Assembly: GCA_029979265.1 (NCBI GenBank)
Contig: JAPOHW010000017.1
Span: 3,047-67,046, forward strand
Origin: Actinomycetota bacterium
GTDB lineage: Bacteria > Actinomycetota > Acidimicrobiia > Acidimicrobiales > Aldehydirespiratoraceae
Reading direction: 5' to 3'
Length of the DNA stretch: 64,000 nt
The notes beneath the pieces were generated by a model. The model made no database searches and was not told the origin of the DNA. It worked only from the letters and a program-made list of their open reading frames with translations. Shown here piece after piece: positions 52,235 to 61,680 of the stretch (its first letter is position 1; each line of letters starts with the position of its first letter). The position numbers were made by a program, and so were the translations under genes.

Positions 52235-53458
52235 TCAGCACGGTGAGTGTTGCGCCGAGCCGTTCGTCCGGAGATACACGCGGCGTTGGACCAGCGCGAG
52301 TGCAATGCCGAGTGTGCCGACGACCATCACCGTCGTGAGCGCTCCCGCATAGCCGAGCGCAGAGTCGGCCACGATGCCGAGCATCAGTGGTCCACTGACG
52401 CCGCCGACCTGGGCGGCCGAGAACCACAGACCATTGGCCAACCCGGCATTTGCGCCGGTTACGTCGTCGGCCTCGAGCAGAGTGACGATCGCAATAGGCA
52501 CGAGCGGTGAGCGAGCCGCGGTGACGAGTGCAGCGGGTCCGATGGTGTCGACGGGCCCAAAGGCGACGGCGGCGATCGCGACCACGGTCACGCCGAGGAG
52601 AGCGATGAACAGCAGATGCATCCGATTCGGCGTTGCCTGGCTCGGCACGGTGGCAGTCAGGACGAGTGCGATCAGGCCCGCGGCGGCGACCCATCCTCCG
52701 GCGCCTGCTGCGGACATGTTGCCGTGCTCCTCGAGCACCGTCGGAAGCCATGTACCGAGCGAGTGCATCACGAAGAACAGCGCAAACGCAGTGACGAGAA
52801 TGAGCCGAACTTCGGTGGAGCGGAGCAATTGCCGGACCGCGTCGCCCCCGGCTGTGTCGTTGTGGACGGTCGACCGTTCGGGTCGCTCGACCCATGCCCA
52901 GATCGCAACCCACCCGAGCGTGCACACCGCTGCGAGTGCCGCTTCGAACACCAACACGCGTCGCCATGTCCCGAGCCACTCCAACAACACCGGGTTGGTG
53001 ATGGCGATGATGATCGTGCCGCCGAGTGCCGGTGCGGCAGCGTAGAGACCGACGCCGAGGCGTCGTTCGCGCTCGTCGGGGAACCAGTTCGCCATGAGCG
53101 CCGGCGCCGATGCCGACACGAGCGGGCCGAACACACCGAAGCACGCAACGGCGAGCCAAAGCGTTCCGACACCGTCCGCCATCGCCCGCAAAAGGAGCGA
53201 GCCGATCACGCTGCACCCACCGAGAAACAGAGACCAGCCGAGGTCGAATCGGTCGATGAACCGTCCGGCGATCGGTGATGTGACGATGTAGACCATCGTC
53301 CACGATCCGAGCGCAAGGCCCATCTGGCCGCGACTCGCCCCCAGGTCCTCGCGGACCAGCGTCAGCATCGGTGCAATCGCAGCGACTCCGATGCCGAAGC
53401 TGAAGTAGACCGCGACCAGCCCGCCGAATACCACCCAACGGTGGCGCGGTGCGGTCAT
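52235..53458 (-). CDS. MFS transporter
   Basis: 407 aa with 12 hydrophobic segments and a GRFIDRF loop motif. Confidence 0.8.
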   Translation of the reverse strand: MTAPRHRWVVFGGLVAVYFSFGIGVAAIAPMLTLVREDLGASRGQMGLALGSWTMVYIVTSPIAGRFIDRFDLGWSLFLGGCSVIGSLLLRAMADGVGTLWLAVACFGVFGPLVSASAPALMANWFPDERERRLGVGLYAAAPALGGTIIIAITNPVLLEWLGTWRRVLVFEAALAAVCTLGWVAIWAWVERPERSTVHNDTAGGDAVRQLLRSTEVRLILVTAFALFFVMHSLGTWLPTVLEEHGNMSAAGAGGWVAAAGLIALVLTATVPSQATPNRMHLLFIALLGVTVVAIAAVAFGPVDTIGPAALVTAARSPLVPIAIVTLLEADDVTGANAGLANGLWFSAAQVGGVSGPLMLGIVADSALGYAGALTTVMVVGTLGIALALVQRRVYLRTNGSAQHSPC

Positions 53459-53534
53459 CGCCGACAGTCTCGCCCGTTGCCACCGCGATGGCGCAAAACC
53501 GACGAACCCCGGCTGCGAGGCCGGGGTTCGTGCG

Positions 53535-53622
53535 TGGCGGAGGGTGTGGGATTTGAACCCACGGAGGCTTGCACCTCACACGCTTTCCAAGCGTGCCCAT
53601 TCGGCCGCTCTGGCAACCCTCC
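53535..53622 (-). tRNA. tRNA-Ser (anticodon GGA)
   Basis: Class II tRNA with acceptor GGAGGGU/ACCCUCC, anticodon loop UUGGAAA, a long variable arm and T-loop UUCAAAU. CCA is encoded. Confidence 0.9.
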
Positions 53623-53683
53623 CAGGCTCCTGCAGTGCAGGATCCGGTGGAGAAGGGTAGCGTGAATCGCTCTGCGCCCGTTC

Positions 53684-53802
53684 CGGGGTGTGGTGGCCGG
53701 GTCCTGTGCAACGGGCGCCCGTGAACCGGGTCAGGGCCGGAAGGCAGCAGCTCTCAGCGGAGCCGCCTGTGTGCCGCAGATCGCCTGGCCGCCACTCCCG
53801 GG
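53684..53802 (+). ncRNA. ffs: Signal recognition particle RNA (small bacterial 4.5S type)
   Basis: Domain IV core GGGUCAGGGCCGGAAGGCAGCAGC ... GUGUGCCG closely matches E. coli 4.5S (GGUCAGGUCCGGAAGGAAGCAGCC ... GUGUGCCG). The flanking arms CCGGGGUGUGGUGGCC and GGCCGCCACUCCCGG pair. It sits in the typical position upstream of dnaX. Ends are approximate. Confidence 0.8.
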
Positions 53803-53927
53803 AACGGGCGCTTGCCGTCGGGTCGCCTCCCTGATGGGGAGGGGCAGCCTCGGCCCTCGACCTGTCCGGTGCGCAGTGCTCGCTTCGTCCCAACGGCGTC
53901 GGTGCCGGGCGGTAGAGTCGGCCGGAC

Positions 53928-55928
53928 ATGGCCTACCAGTCGCTCTACCGTCGCTACCGACCACAGAGGTTCGGCGAGATCCGCGGCCAGCGCCACGTCG
54001 TCACGGCGTTGCAGAACGCCGTCGTGAAGTCCGAGGTCGGGCACGCCTATCTGTTCCACGGCCCGCGTGGCACCGGCAAGACCACATCGGCCCGAGTGCT
54101 GGCCAAGGCGCTCAACTGCGAAGACCTCGGCGCCGACGGCGAGCCGTGTGGTGCCTGTGAAAGCTGCCAAGCGATCGAGCAGGGCCGGTCGTTCGATCTC
54201 CACGAACTCGACGCAGCCTCCAACAACAAGGTCGAGGACATGCGCGATCTGTTGGGCAAGGTCAACCTGGGCAACCCGGGCCGGGCCAAGGTCTACATCC
54301 TCGACGAGGTCCACATGCTCACGAGTCAGGCGGAGAACGCGCTGCTGAAGACGCTCGAAGAGCCTCCCGATCATGTGACCTGGGTGCTCGCCACCACCGA
54401 GCCCCACAAGGTCGTCGAGACGATCCGCAGTCGTTGCCAGGTCTTTCAACTCACTCTGTTGGGGGCCGAGGAGATGGCCGAGCATGTTCGTTGGGTGATC
54501 GAGGATGCACAGCTCGACGTCTCCGATGCGGCCGTCGAGTACGTCGTCACCGCCGGTGGAGGGTCGGTTCGCGACACCCTGTCGGCCCTCGATCGCGTCG
54601 TCGCCGCAGGGGGAGTGGTCGAGATCGACACCTCGACCGAGCTCATGGTCGACGCCATCGCCGGCCGTGACGTGGCCGCCGCGCTCGGCGCAGTGGGCGA
54701 GGCAACGGCTCGTGGACGCGATCCCCGCACGATCGGTGAGGCGGTCCTTGCTGGTCTGCGCGACGCGTTTCTGACGGCGATGGGGTCACCGTCGTTGCGC
54801 CTGTCGGCGGAACAGGCCGATCGAGCTGCCGAGGTCGCGACGCGGATGTCTCCCGCTGCCATGACTCGGGCGATGGAGACGCTCGGCACTGCCGTGGTCG
54901 AGATGCGGCAAGCGCCCGACCCGAGGATCGATCTCGAGGTGGCGTTGGTCCGACTCTGCCGCCCGGACGCCGATCGTTCGCTCGATGCGCTCGGTGCCCG
55001 AGTCGAACAACTCGAAGCTGCGCTCGGCTCCGGGGTACCGCCGTCGACGGCGGCCGCAGCGGCGCCGGTGGAAGTCCCCGATCGAGGATCAGCCCCGGCC
55101 GCGCCAACTGCGCCAGACATGCCGGACGTGCCCGATGCCCCGGCCCCCTCGACGCCCCTTTCGGCGCCCACCGCCCCCGCAGCAGCGGGTCCGAGCGCGG
55201 CGCGTCGGGCATTGGCCGACACCCGGGGGGACGCCGAGCCATCCGAGCCCGTCCCCGACGCAGCACCATCGTCTCCCCCGACGGTGCCGGTCGACCCACC
55301 ACCGACAGTGCCGGGCGACCCACCATCGACGGTGCTGGCACCTCCGCCCGAACCGGTTCCGTCTGCGGCTGCGTCGCCGGATCTGTGGGCCATCCGGCCG
55401 CTGTCGCCGACCGAGGTCGTGTACCTCGGCGAGCTTCATCTGGGCCTGTCGCGCGACGCCGTGATCACTGCAGCGAACGAACTGCTCGGCGACCGGCCCC
55501 GTTCCGAGGAGGCGCTTGCCGAACTGTGGATCTCGCTCGTCGATGCCCATGCATCGCCGGCCGACACGGCCGAGCCGGTCGGTCCCTCTGACGTACTCGA
55601 CCACGAGGGTGATGCGGGGCCACCCGCCGATGACGGCGATGAGCCGGGTCCGCCGACCGACGACGTCGGCAGTGCGCCTCCGCCGGTGCCCAAGGTGTCG
55701 AGTCCCGAGATCGTTCGCGAGGTCGCCCAACCCATCACCCCGGTTCCGGAGGCCGATCCCGAGCCGGTCGACGAGCGGGTTCCCGGCGAACATCCACCCG
55801 ACGACGACATCGACATCCATGATCTCGTCGATGCCCCATCACACACCGATGAGCTGATCGAGCGCCTGACCGAAGCCTTTCCCGGTGCCGAACTGCACAC
55901 CACCGATCACCCGGAGGACGACCGATGA
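53928..55928 (+). CDS. dnaX: DNA polymerase III subunits gamma/tau
   Basis: AAA+ clamp-loader N-terminus (YRPQRF, GPRGTGKTT, Zn module C-x8-C-x2-C-x2-C, ILDEVHML, SRCQ), then a long Pro/Ala-rich linker and an acidic C-terminus. Confidence 0.95.
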   Translation: MAYQSLYRRYRPQRFGEIRGQRHVVTALQNAVVKSEVGHAYLFHGPRGTGKTTSARVLAKALNCEDLGADGEPCGACESCQAIEQGRSFDLHELDAASNNKVEDMRDLLGKVNLGNPGRAKVYILDEVHMLTSQAENALLKTLEEPPDHVTWVLATTEPHKVVETIRSRCQVFQLTLLGAEEMAEHVRWVIEDAQLDVSDAAVEYVVTAGGGSVRDTLSALDRVVAAGGVVEIDTSTELMVDAIAGRDVAAALGAVGEATARGRDPRTIGEAVLAGLRDAFLTAMGSPSLRLSAEQADRAAEVATRMSPAAMTRAMETLGTAVVEMRQAPDPRIDLEVALVRLCRPDADRSLDALGARVEQLEAALGSGVPPSTAAAAAPVEVPDRGSAPAAPTAPDMPDVPDAPAPSTPLSAPTAPAAAGPSAARRALADTRGDAEPSEPVPDAAPSSPPTVPVDPPPTVPGDPPSTVLAPPPEPVPSAAASPDLWAIRPLSPTEVVYLGELHLGLSRDAVITAANELLGDRPRSEEALAELWISLVDAHASPADTAEPVGPSDVLDHEGDAGPPADDGDEPGPPTDDVGSAPPPVPKVSSPEIVREVAQPITPVPEADPEPVDERVPGEHPPDDDIDIHDLVDAPSHTDELIERLTEAFPGAELHTTDHPEDDR

Positions 55929-56272
55929 CCACCGACGACCAACAGCCGGACCTTCCGGATCTCGAAGGCCTCGATCTTGGGGGCCTGCTGGCGTCGGCCC
56001 AAGAGATGATGGCTGGCGTCCAGGAAGCCGCCAATGCCGTCGTCGAGGGCACGGCAGGTGGGGGACTCGTGCGGGTGCGGGTCGATGGTCACTTCGACGT
56101 GAAGTCGGTTTCGATTGATCCGAACGCGATCGATCCCGATGATCCGTCCATGCTGGAAGATCTCGTGCTCGCTGCACTGCGCGACGCAACCGGTCAGCTC
56201 CATGCCGGTCAGTCGGGTGCCCTGGGTGGGATGGACCTGGGTGGTCTCGGCGGCCTGCTGGGCGGCGAGTGA
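55925..56272 (+). CDS. ybaB: YbaB/EbfC family nucleoid-associated protein
   Basis: 115 aa in the conserved position between dnaX and recR. ATGA overlap with dnaX. Confidence 0.9.
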   Translation: MTTDDQQPDLPDLEGLDLGGLLASAQEMMAGVQEAANAVVEGTAGGGLVRVRVDGHFDVKSVSIDPNAIDPDDPSMLEDLVLAALRDATGQLHAGQSGALGGMDLGGLGGLLGGE

Positions 56273-56880
56273 GTTACTCGTCGACCGTTCAGGAGCTGAT
56301 CGATCAGCTCGGCCGCCTGCCCGGCATTGGCCCGAAGTCGGCCCAGCGCGTCGCGTTCCACCTGCTGAAGGCGCCGACCGAGGATGCACTGCGGTTGAGC
56401 AGGTCGATCGTCGAGGCCAAGGAGCGCGTGTCGTTCTGTGCGCGGTGCTTCAACCTCAGCGAGGGAGGCGACGAGTGCGCGATCTGTCGTGACCTTCGCC
56501 GCGAGTTGGGTGTGGTCTGTGTTGTCGAAGACAGCCAGGACATCGTTGCGATCGAGCGAACCAAGGAGTTCCGTGGCCGGTATCACGTGCTCCAGGGGGC
56601 GTTCAGCCCGATCGACGGTGTGGGGGTCGAACAGCTTCGGGTCAAGGAGTTGATGACCCGGGTGGGCGAAGAAGACATCGAGGAGGTCATCGTCGCCACC
56701 AACCCCAACCTCGAGGGAGAGGCGACTGCGGCGCTCCTGGTGAAGTACCTCAAGCCGATGGGCGTCAGGGTCAGCCGTATTGCGAGCGGTCTCCCGGTCG
56801 GCGGCGACCTCGAATACGCCGATGAACTCACTCTCGGTCGAGCACTCGAAGGCCGCGTGGTGCTCGATTCCGGCGAGTAG
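56269..56880 (+). CDS. recR: Recombination protein RecR
   Basis: [11 protein letters not shown] HhH motif, C4 zinc finger C-x2-C-x11-C-x2-C (CARCFNL...CAIC) and Toprim VVED. GTGA overlap with ybaB. Confidence 0.95.
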   Translation: MSYSSTVQELIDQLGRLPGIGPKSAQRVAFHLLKAPTEDALRLSRSIVEAKERVSFCARCFNLSEGGDECAICRDLRRELGVVCVVEDSQDIVAIERTKEFRGRYHVLQGAFSPIDGVGVEQLRVKELMTRVGEEDIEEVIVATNPNLEGEATAALLVKYLKPMGVRVSRIASGLPVGGDLEYADELTLGRALEGRVVLDSGE

Positions 56881-56908
56881 ACCGAGACGCATCACCCCAG
56901 TCATGGTC

Positions 56909-57040
56909 GAAAAACAGGACGAGGCGCCATCCTGTGCCTGCCGGAGCGCGGGCGGTACGGATAGTTCCGGCAGATCCAGGACAGCGCCTCGACCATTCAC
57001 GAGCGGGGGAGGACCGAAACTCGATCCGATCTCGTGTTTC
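56909..57040 (-). ncRNA. Candidate small RNA (unclassified) in the recR-downstream spacer
   Basis: A promoter-like element lies upstream. The predicted transcript has a 5' hairpin with an unpaired UCCCCCG, then a long imperfect hairpin of about 22 bp whose apical loop contains CCGCCCGCGC, followed by UGUUUUU. Confidence 0.3.
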
Positions 57041-57044
57041 ATTT

Positions 57045-57073
57045 AGTTTACGATTTTGTCAGCAACATGACAA
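57045..57073 (-). promoter_or_regulatory. Promoter-like element TTGTCA-17 nt-TAAACT on the minus strand
   Basis: It lies inside the only strongly AT-rich island of the window (about 57030..57100). The -35 also forms part of the palindrome TTGTCA-N6-TGACAA. Confidence 0.3.
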
Positions 57074-57174
57074 GTATGTCGTAAAGATTTCTTTCTGGGA
57101 CGCGCGGTCGTTCTCGGCGGCACAGTCCACGACGTCGTTGCGACGTGTGCCGACGGCGGGCGGAGGATCGGTTC

Positions 57175-57720
57175 TCAGGCGCTGCGTCGGCGGACCGAGA
57201 CCTCGTCGCTCGATTCATCGCCCCAGAGGGTCTCGTGCACCACCGAAGGTGGGTCGTCGTCGACGGTGAACGGCTTCTCCGGCTCCGGAGCCACGCCGAC
57301 CCGCAACACCGACGCCTGCATGTCGGCCAGCGCCGCCTGCAGTCTGTCGTGCACGTCGCGCTCGGCGGCCAGAAGACGATCGAGGCGCTGTTGGGCGTCG
57401 GTGATGACCTGAGCCGATCGCTCGATGGCGTCGGCTGCGGCCTTGGCGGCGATTCCCTCAGCTGTTGCGTTGGCTTGGTCGACGACGTCGGCAGCAGCGG
57501 ACTCGGCGGCTGCCCGGATCGCCTGGGCATCGTCTCTCGCCCGGTCGAGGATCTCGTCGCCCGATTTCGCAGCATGGTCGAGCATCTCGGCGATCACCCC
57601 GCCGATGGCGTGGACCCCGTCCCGCTCGAGATCACGGATTCGGGTGGCTGCGTCGGCCAGTGCCTGCTTCACGGCGGCGGGGTCGTCGATGTCGATGGAG
57701 TCGAGGTCACCGGACTGCAT
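57175..57720 (-). CDS. Ala/Asp-rich coiled-coil protein (hypothetical)
   Basis: 181-aa ORF with heptad-like Ala/Glu/Asp/Arg-rich composition. It starts 25 nt downstream of the hrpB-like gene on the same strand. Confidence 0.6.
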   Translation of the reverse strand: MQSGDLDSIDIDDPAAVKQALADAATRIRDLERDGVHAIGGVIAEMLDHAAKSGDEILDRARDDAQAIRAAAESAAADVVDQANATAEGIAAKAAADAIERSAQVITDAQQRLDRLLAAERDVHDRLQAALADMQASVLRVGVAPEPEKPFTVDDDPPSVVHETLWGDESSDEVSVRRRSA

Positions 57721-57745
57721 CGCGTGAGTATCCCACCGGAGAGGG

Positions 57746-60118
57746 TCAGCTTGGTGGAACTGGTGGCGAGACGTTGGTGAGTTCGACCATGCCGTTGGGG
57801 GTGAGCAGCGTGGCGGTCATGCGAGCGGGTCCCGTCTCGACCGGGTAGGGCAGTGCGTATTCGCGGAAGCGGGTCGCCAACCGCAGATCCGGATACTGGA
57901 AGGAGAGACCGAACAGTTCGACCCCTGGTGCGGAGGTCGCAGCTGGTGTCTCACCGGGCCATTCGATGAGGAACGGGATCATGCCGTCGCCTTCCTCGGG
58001 GGGCATGGTCAGTCGCCATCGCAGCACGTCGCCCGATGGAGTCGTGCGCTGCATGTCGAAGCCCGGCCCCGGGTCGATTTTGCGCGCAGAGCACCACTCG
58101 AGCCAGAGATCGAGGTTCGGGACCGCAGCGGCCCACGTCACGAGCCGAGGTTCGGTGATGCCGTCGACGCCGAATGGCCGGGGCGAGTCAGGTTCGGGCT
58201 GGTCCGGATCGGGGCCGATGATCTCCAGATAGGCACCGCCCCCGAGCGCGAGGAGTTCGTTGGCAGTGCCACGGCCGTCGTGGCGACCCCCCGGGGTCGG
58301 CGTGACCCCCCACTCCTCGGTGATACGAGCAACGGTCGCAGCAAGGTCGGGCGTGGCGTAGACGAGGTGGTCGACCCGAATCTCGAGCGCAGCAGCACGG
58401 TGCACGGCACCCTTCTTGGATCGAGGATCGATGTCGACGGCGACGATGCCGGCTGCCGTCCCCGGCCACTGGTGGTGATCGAGCGTCAACGAGCGGCCCT
58501 CGGCCGTCGTGAACCCGCCTCGGATGCCGGCGACCGAACGGGCGATGCGGTCGGGAAAGCCCGAGGCCAGAGCGGCACCGAGCTGATCGAGCGGTACACC
58601 CGTCGAGCCAAGTGCCGGTTCGACACCGGCGCGACGGGCGAGCTGGAGGGCCCGGTCGCGGACTGCACGGCGGGCCCGGCCGTCCGCGGCCGGATGGTCG
58701 GTGTCTGGATCCAGCACGAGCGCGACACGCGTCGACAGGTCGAGTGGCAGTTCCGCCGGGCGGCCCCGGAGCACATCGCGATCATCGAGGACTGCGGCCG
58801 CCACGCATGCCAGCCACGGGTGGCGTGCACCGACGATGCAGCGAGCGAGGCGAGGGTGTACCGGCAGTTCGGCCATCCGGCGTCCGTCGTCGGTCGCGAC
58901 GCCGACGCCGTCGAGCGCGTCGAGTCGTTGCAGGAGTTCCACGGCAGCACGCCACGACGTTTCACCGGGCGGGGTGAGGAACGGAACCTGGTCCGGGTCG
59001 GTGATCCCTCGCCGTGCGAGGTCGAGCACGACCGGTGCAAGGTCGTCTTCGGTGACGGACGGTGGTGCAGCAGCCAGCCGTGCTGCGTGCTCTGCTTTCG
59101 ACCAGAGCCGGATGACGGTGCCGGGTCCGAGCCGCCCGGCGCGGCCGGCTCGCTGCTCCGCCGATGCCTTGCTCGTCGCAACCGTGTGGAGTCCGGTCAT
59201 GGCGGTGCGGGGGTCCAGCCGAGCGCGCCGTTCGAGGCCCGCGTCGACCACGACCGTGATGCCGTCGACCGTGAGTGACGTCTCGGCAATGTTCGTCGCA
59301 AGCACGATGCGCCGCTCGGCCCGGCTCACGAGTGCGGCGTCCTGCTCGGCGGCCGGCATCGAGCCGTGCAGCGGCAGAATCACCGGTCCGTCGGGGCCGA
59401 GTGCAGCCGCAAGTTCACGTTCGGCGCCGCGGATCTCGCCGACACCCGGCAAGAAGACGAGAATGTCTCCGGAACCCCGCAGCGCTTCCTCCACGGCACG
59501 AACGACGGCAGGAACGAGTGGCGCACGCCGCGTCCGGGGTCGCCACAGGACGTCGACCGGAAAGGCTCGGCCTGGGCTCGAGACGACAGGCGCATCCCCG
59601 AGATGCGCCGACACCATGGCCGTGTCGATTGTCGCCGACATCACAAGGAGTCGGGCATCGTGTTCGTCGCGAGCGCGACCCAGCAAGAACAGGGCCAGTC
59701 CGACATCGCCCGGCACCGAGCGCTCGTGGAACTCGTCGAAGACGACGAGGCCGACCTCTCGCAACCCCGGGTCGTCCACGAGTTGCGCCGTCAAGACGCC
59801 CTCGGTGACGACCACCACCCGGGTTCTGGGTCCGACCGCGCGATCGTCGCGCGTGATCCAACCGACGGTCTCCCCAGGGTCTTCACCGAGCAGCCGAGCC
59901 ATGCGTCGGGCCGCAGCCCGCGCCGCCATGCGCCGCGGCTCCAGCATCACGATCCGCCGTCCTGAGAGCCAGGGCTCGTCGAGCAAGCGCAGGGGCACGA
60001 TCGTCGTCTTCCCTGCCCCGGGTTCGGCGGTCAGCACCGCCTGCCCGCCATCGGCGAGGGCAGCGCGGAGATCCTCCATGCAGTCCTCGATCGGCAGTCC
60101 GGTGGGTGGCAGGGCCAT
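57746..60118 (-). CDS. hrpB: ATP-dependent helicase HrpB (DEAH-box) fused in frame to a C-terminal glyoxalase-like (VOC) domain
   Basis: Walker A GAGKTT, DEFHERS, HGSMP and QRAGRAGR helicase motifs, then FPDRIA. The last ~209 aa (57749..58375) read VDHLVYATPDL ... FLIEWPG, typical of stand-alone glyoxalase-like proteins. The ATG at 60118 was chosen. Confidence 0.8.
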   Translation of the reverse strand: MALPPTGLPIEDCMEDLRAALADGGQAVLTAEPGAGKTTIVPLRLLDEPWLSGRRIVMLEPRRMAARAAARRMARLLGEDPGETVGWITRDDRAVGPRTRVVVVTEGVLTAQLVDDPGLREVGLVVFDEFHERSVPGDVGLALFLLGRARDEHDARLLVMSATIDTAMVSAHLGDAPVVSSPGRAFPVDVLWRPRTRRAPLVPAVVRAVEEALRGSGDILVFLPGVGEIRGAERELAAALGPDGPVILPLHGSMPAAEQDAALVSRAERRIVLATNIAETSLTVDGITVVVDAGLERRARLDPRTAMTGLHTVATSKASAEQRAGRAGRLGPGTVIRLWSKAEHAARLAAAPPSVTEDDLAPVVLDLARRGITDPDQVPFLTPPGETSWRAAVELLQRLDALDGVGVATDDGRRMAELPVHPRLARCIVGARHPWLACVAAAVLDDRDVLRGRPAELPLDLSTRVALVLDPDTDHPAADGRARRAVRDRALQLARRAGVEPALGSTGVPLDQLGAALASGFPDRIARSVAGIRGGFTTAEGRSLTLDHHQWPGTAAGIVAVDIDPRSKKGAVHRAAALEIRVDHLVYATPDLAATVARITEEWGVTPTPGGRHDGRGTANELLALGGGAYLEIIGPDPDQPEPDSPRPFGVDGITEPRLVTWAAAVPNLDLWLEWCSARKIDPGPGFDMQRTTPSGDVLRWRLTMPPEEGDGMIPFLIEWPGETPAATSAPGVELFGLSFQYPDLRLATRFREYALPYPVETGPARMTATLLTPNGMVELTNVSPPVPPS

Positions 60119-60185
60119 GGTCGCATCATGCCCGCTGACGAGGTCGTTGCCCGTCCTGGGTCCGAACTGTGCGATTCTCGAGGGC

Positions 60186-61064
60186 GTGAAAGTCCATCTG
60201 GTCGACGGCACCTACGAGCTGTTCCGGTTCCACTACGCGCCGAGCAATCGGGATGCCCGCCACGGTGCACAACGAGGGGTGCTGAACACGGTGCTCGATC
60301 TTGTCGCCGACGGAGCGACCCACATCGGGATCGCGACCGACCACGTGATCGAGTCGTGGCGAAATGAGCTGTACGAGGGATACAAGGACGGAGCCGGGAT
60401 CGATCCGGACCTGTTCGCCCAGTTCCCCGAAGTCGAAGCACTGCTCGAGCTTGCGGGGTTCGAAGTGTGGCCCCAGATCAGGCACGAAGCCGACGATGCA
60501 ATGGCTGCTGCGGCGGCGCTCGCCGCCGGCGACACCCGGGTCGAACAGGTGATCATCTGCACACCCGACAAGGACCTCGCCCAGTGCGTCACCGCCGACG
60601 GCAGGGTCGTGCAGTACGACCGTCGCCGGGAACTGCTCTACGACCGTGACGGCGTGATCGAGAAGTTCGGCGTGCCCCCCGAATCGATCCCCGACTACCT
60701 CGGCGTGGTCGGGGATTCGGCCGACGGATTCCCCGGCCTGTCCGGGTGGGGGGCGAAATCGGCTGCGGCAGTCCTGCGCCGCTACAGCCACATCGAGCAC
60801 ATCCCGCTCGATGTCACCGAATGGGATGTCGAGGTGCGGGGCGCAGCCAAACTTGCCGACACCCTTCGCGACAACATCGAGGACGCCCTGCTCTTTCGAC
60901 GCATCGCAACCGTCGACCTGGCCGCGCCGGTCAGCGACTCGGTCGACGACATGGCGTGGCGAGGTCCCCGTCCCGGATTCGACGAGATGTGTGTCGCACT
61001 CGGAGCCCAGCGCCAGCACGAACGGGCCCACGAACTCTGGGAGGACCACCGGCATGGATCGTGA
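60186..61064 (+). CDS. Stand-alone 5'-3' exonuclease / flap endonuclease (Pol I N-terminal-like)
   Basis: VHLVDGTYELFRFHYA N-terminus, acidic clusters (ATDH, EADD, DKDL) and an H3TH segment GVVGDSADGFPGLSGWGAKSA. GTG start at 60186. Confidence 0.85.
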   Translation: MKVHLVDGTYELFRFHYAPSNRDARHGAQRGVLNTVLDLVADGATHIGIATDHVIESWRNELYEGYKDGAGIDPDLFAQFPEVEALLELAGFEVWPQIRHEADDAMAAAAALAAGDTRVEQVIICTPDKDLAQCVTADGRVVQYDRRRELLYDRDGVIEKFGVPPESIPDYLGVVGDSADGFPGLSGWGAKSAAAVLRRYSHIEHIPLDVTEWDVEVRGAAKLADTLRDNIEDALLFRRIATVDLAAPVSDSVDDMAWRGPRPGFDEMCVALGAQRQHERAHELWEDHRHGS

Positions 61065-61680
61065 CGCAGCGGTCGCCATCGCGGCCGAACACGGTGGAGA
61101 GGAACTCGCCCGCCGGATCGACTTCATCTACGAGCTCGATCGACTCAAGACGGTGTTGCGCCAGAGCATGCTCATCGACGACAGCCGCCAGGAGAACTCC
61201 GCCGAACATTCGTGGCACTTGGCGATGGCTGCGCTCACGCTCGCCCCGCTCGCAGCCGAGCCGATCGACGTCGAGCGAGCGGTCAAGATCCTGCTCGTCC
61301 ACGACATCGTCGAGATCGACGCCGGTGACGCCTTCATCTACGACGACGCGAAACGAGCCGAAGCCGAGGCGGCCGAGCAGGCCGCGGCCGACCGCATCTT
61401 CGGGATGCTGCCCGAGCCGGAGGCGACCGAGTTCCGTGCGCTGTGGGACGAGTACGAGGCGCAGTCGACGCCCGAGGGACGGTTCGCCTACAGCTGCGAT
61501 CGCCTGCAGCCGTTGCTGCTCAATGTGGCGATCGACGGTGGAAGCTGGCGCAGGCACGGTGTGAGTGCCGGTCGCGTCAAACAGGTCAACGGCAAGATCG
61601 AGATCGGTCTTCCCAGCGTGTGGCCGGCGGCGGAAGCGATGATCGACCGAGCGGTCGAAGAAGGAACACTCCAACCGTGA
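61054..61680 (+). CDS. HD-domain phosphohydrolase (YfbR-like 5'-deoxynucleotidase family)
   Basis: 208 aa. NSAEHSWH ... LVHDIVEIDAGD metal-binding pattern. Confidence 0.8.
   Translation: MDRDAAVAIAAEHGGEELARRIDFIYELDRLKTVLRQSMLIDDSRQENSAEHSWHLAMAALTLAPLAAEPIDVERAVKILLVHDIVEIDAGDAFIYDDAKRAEAEAAEQAAADRIFGMLPEPEATEFRALWDEYEAQSTPEGRFAYSCDRLQPLLLNVAIDGGSWRRHGVSAGRVKQVNGKIEIGLPSVWPAAEAMIDRAVEEGTLQP

Noticed and set aside
53928-55928. Programmed -1 frameshift site in dnaX (gamma subunit production, as in E. coli)
   Set aside because: I saw no A-rich slippery heptamer (A AAA AAG type) or A-run anywhere in the gene by eye. The Pro/Ala-rich middle region is just the usual tau linker.
56209-57042. 277-aa minus-strand ORF starting in the AT-rich island and running antisense through recR
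   Set aside because: It has no recognisable motifs and is fully antisense to the highly conserved recR. The start region is better explained as a small-RNA or terminator region.
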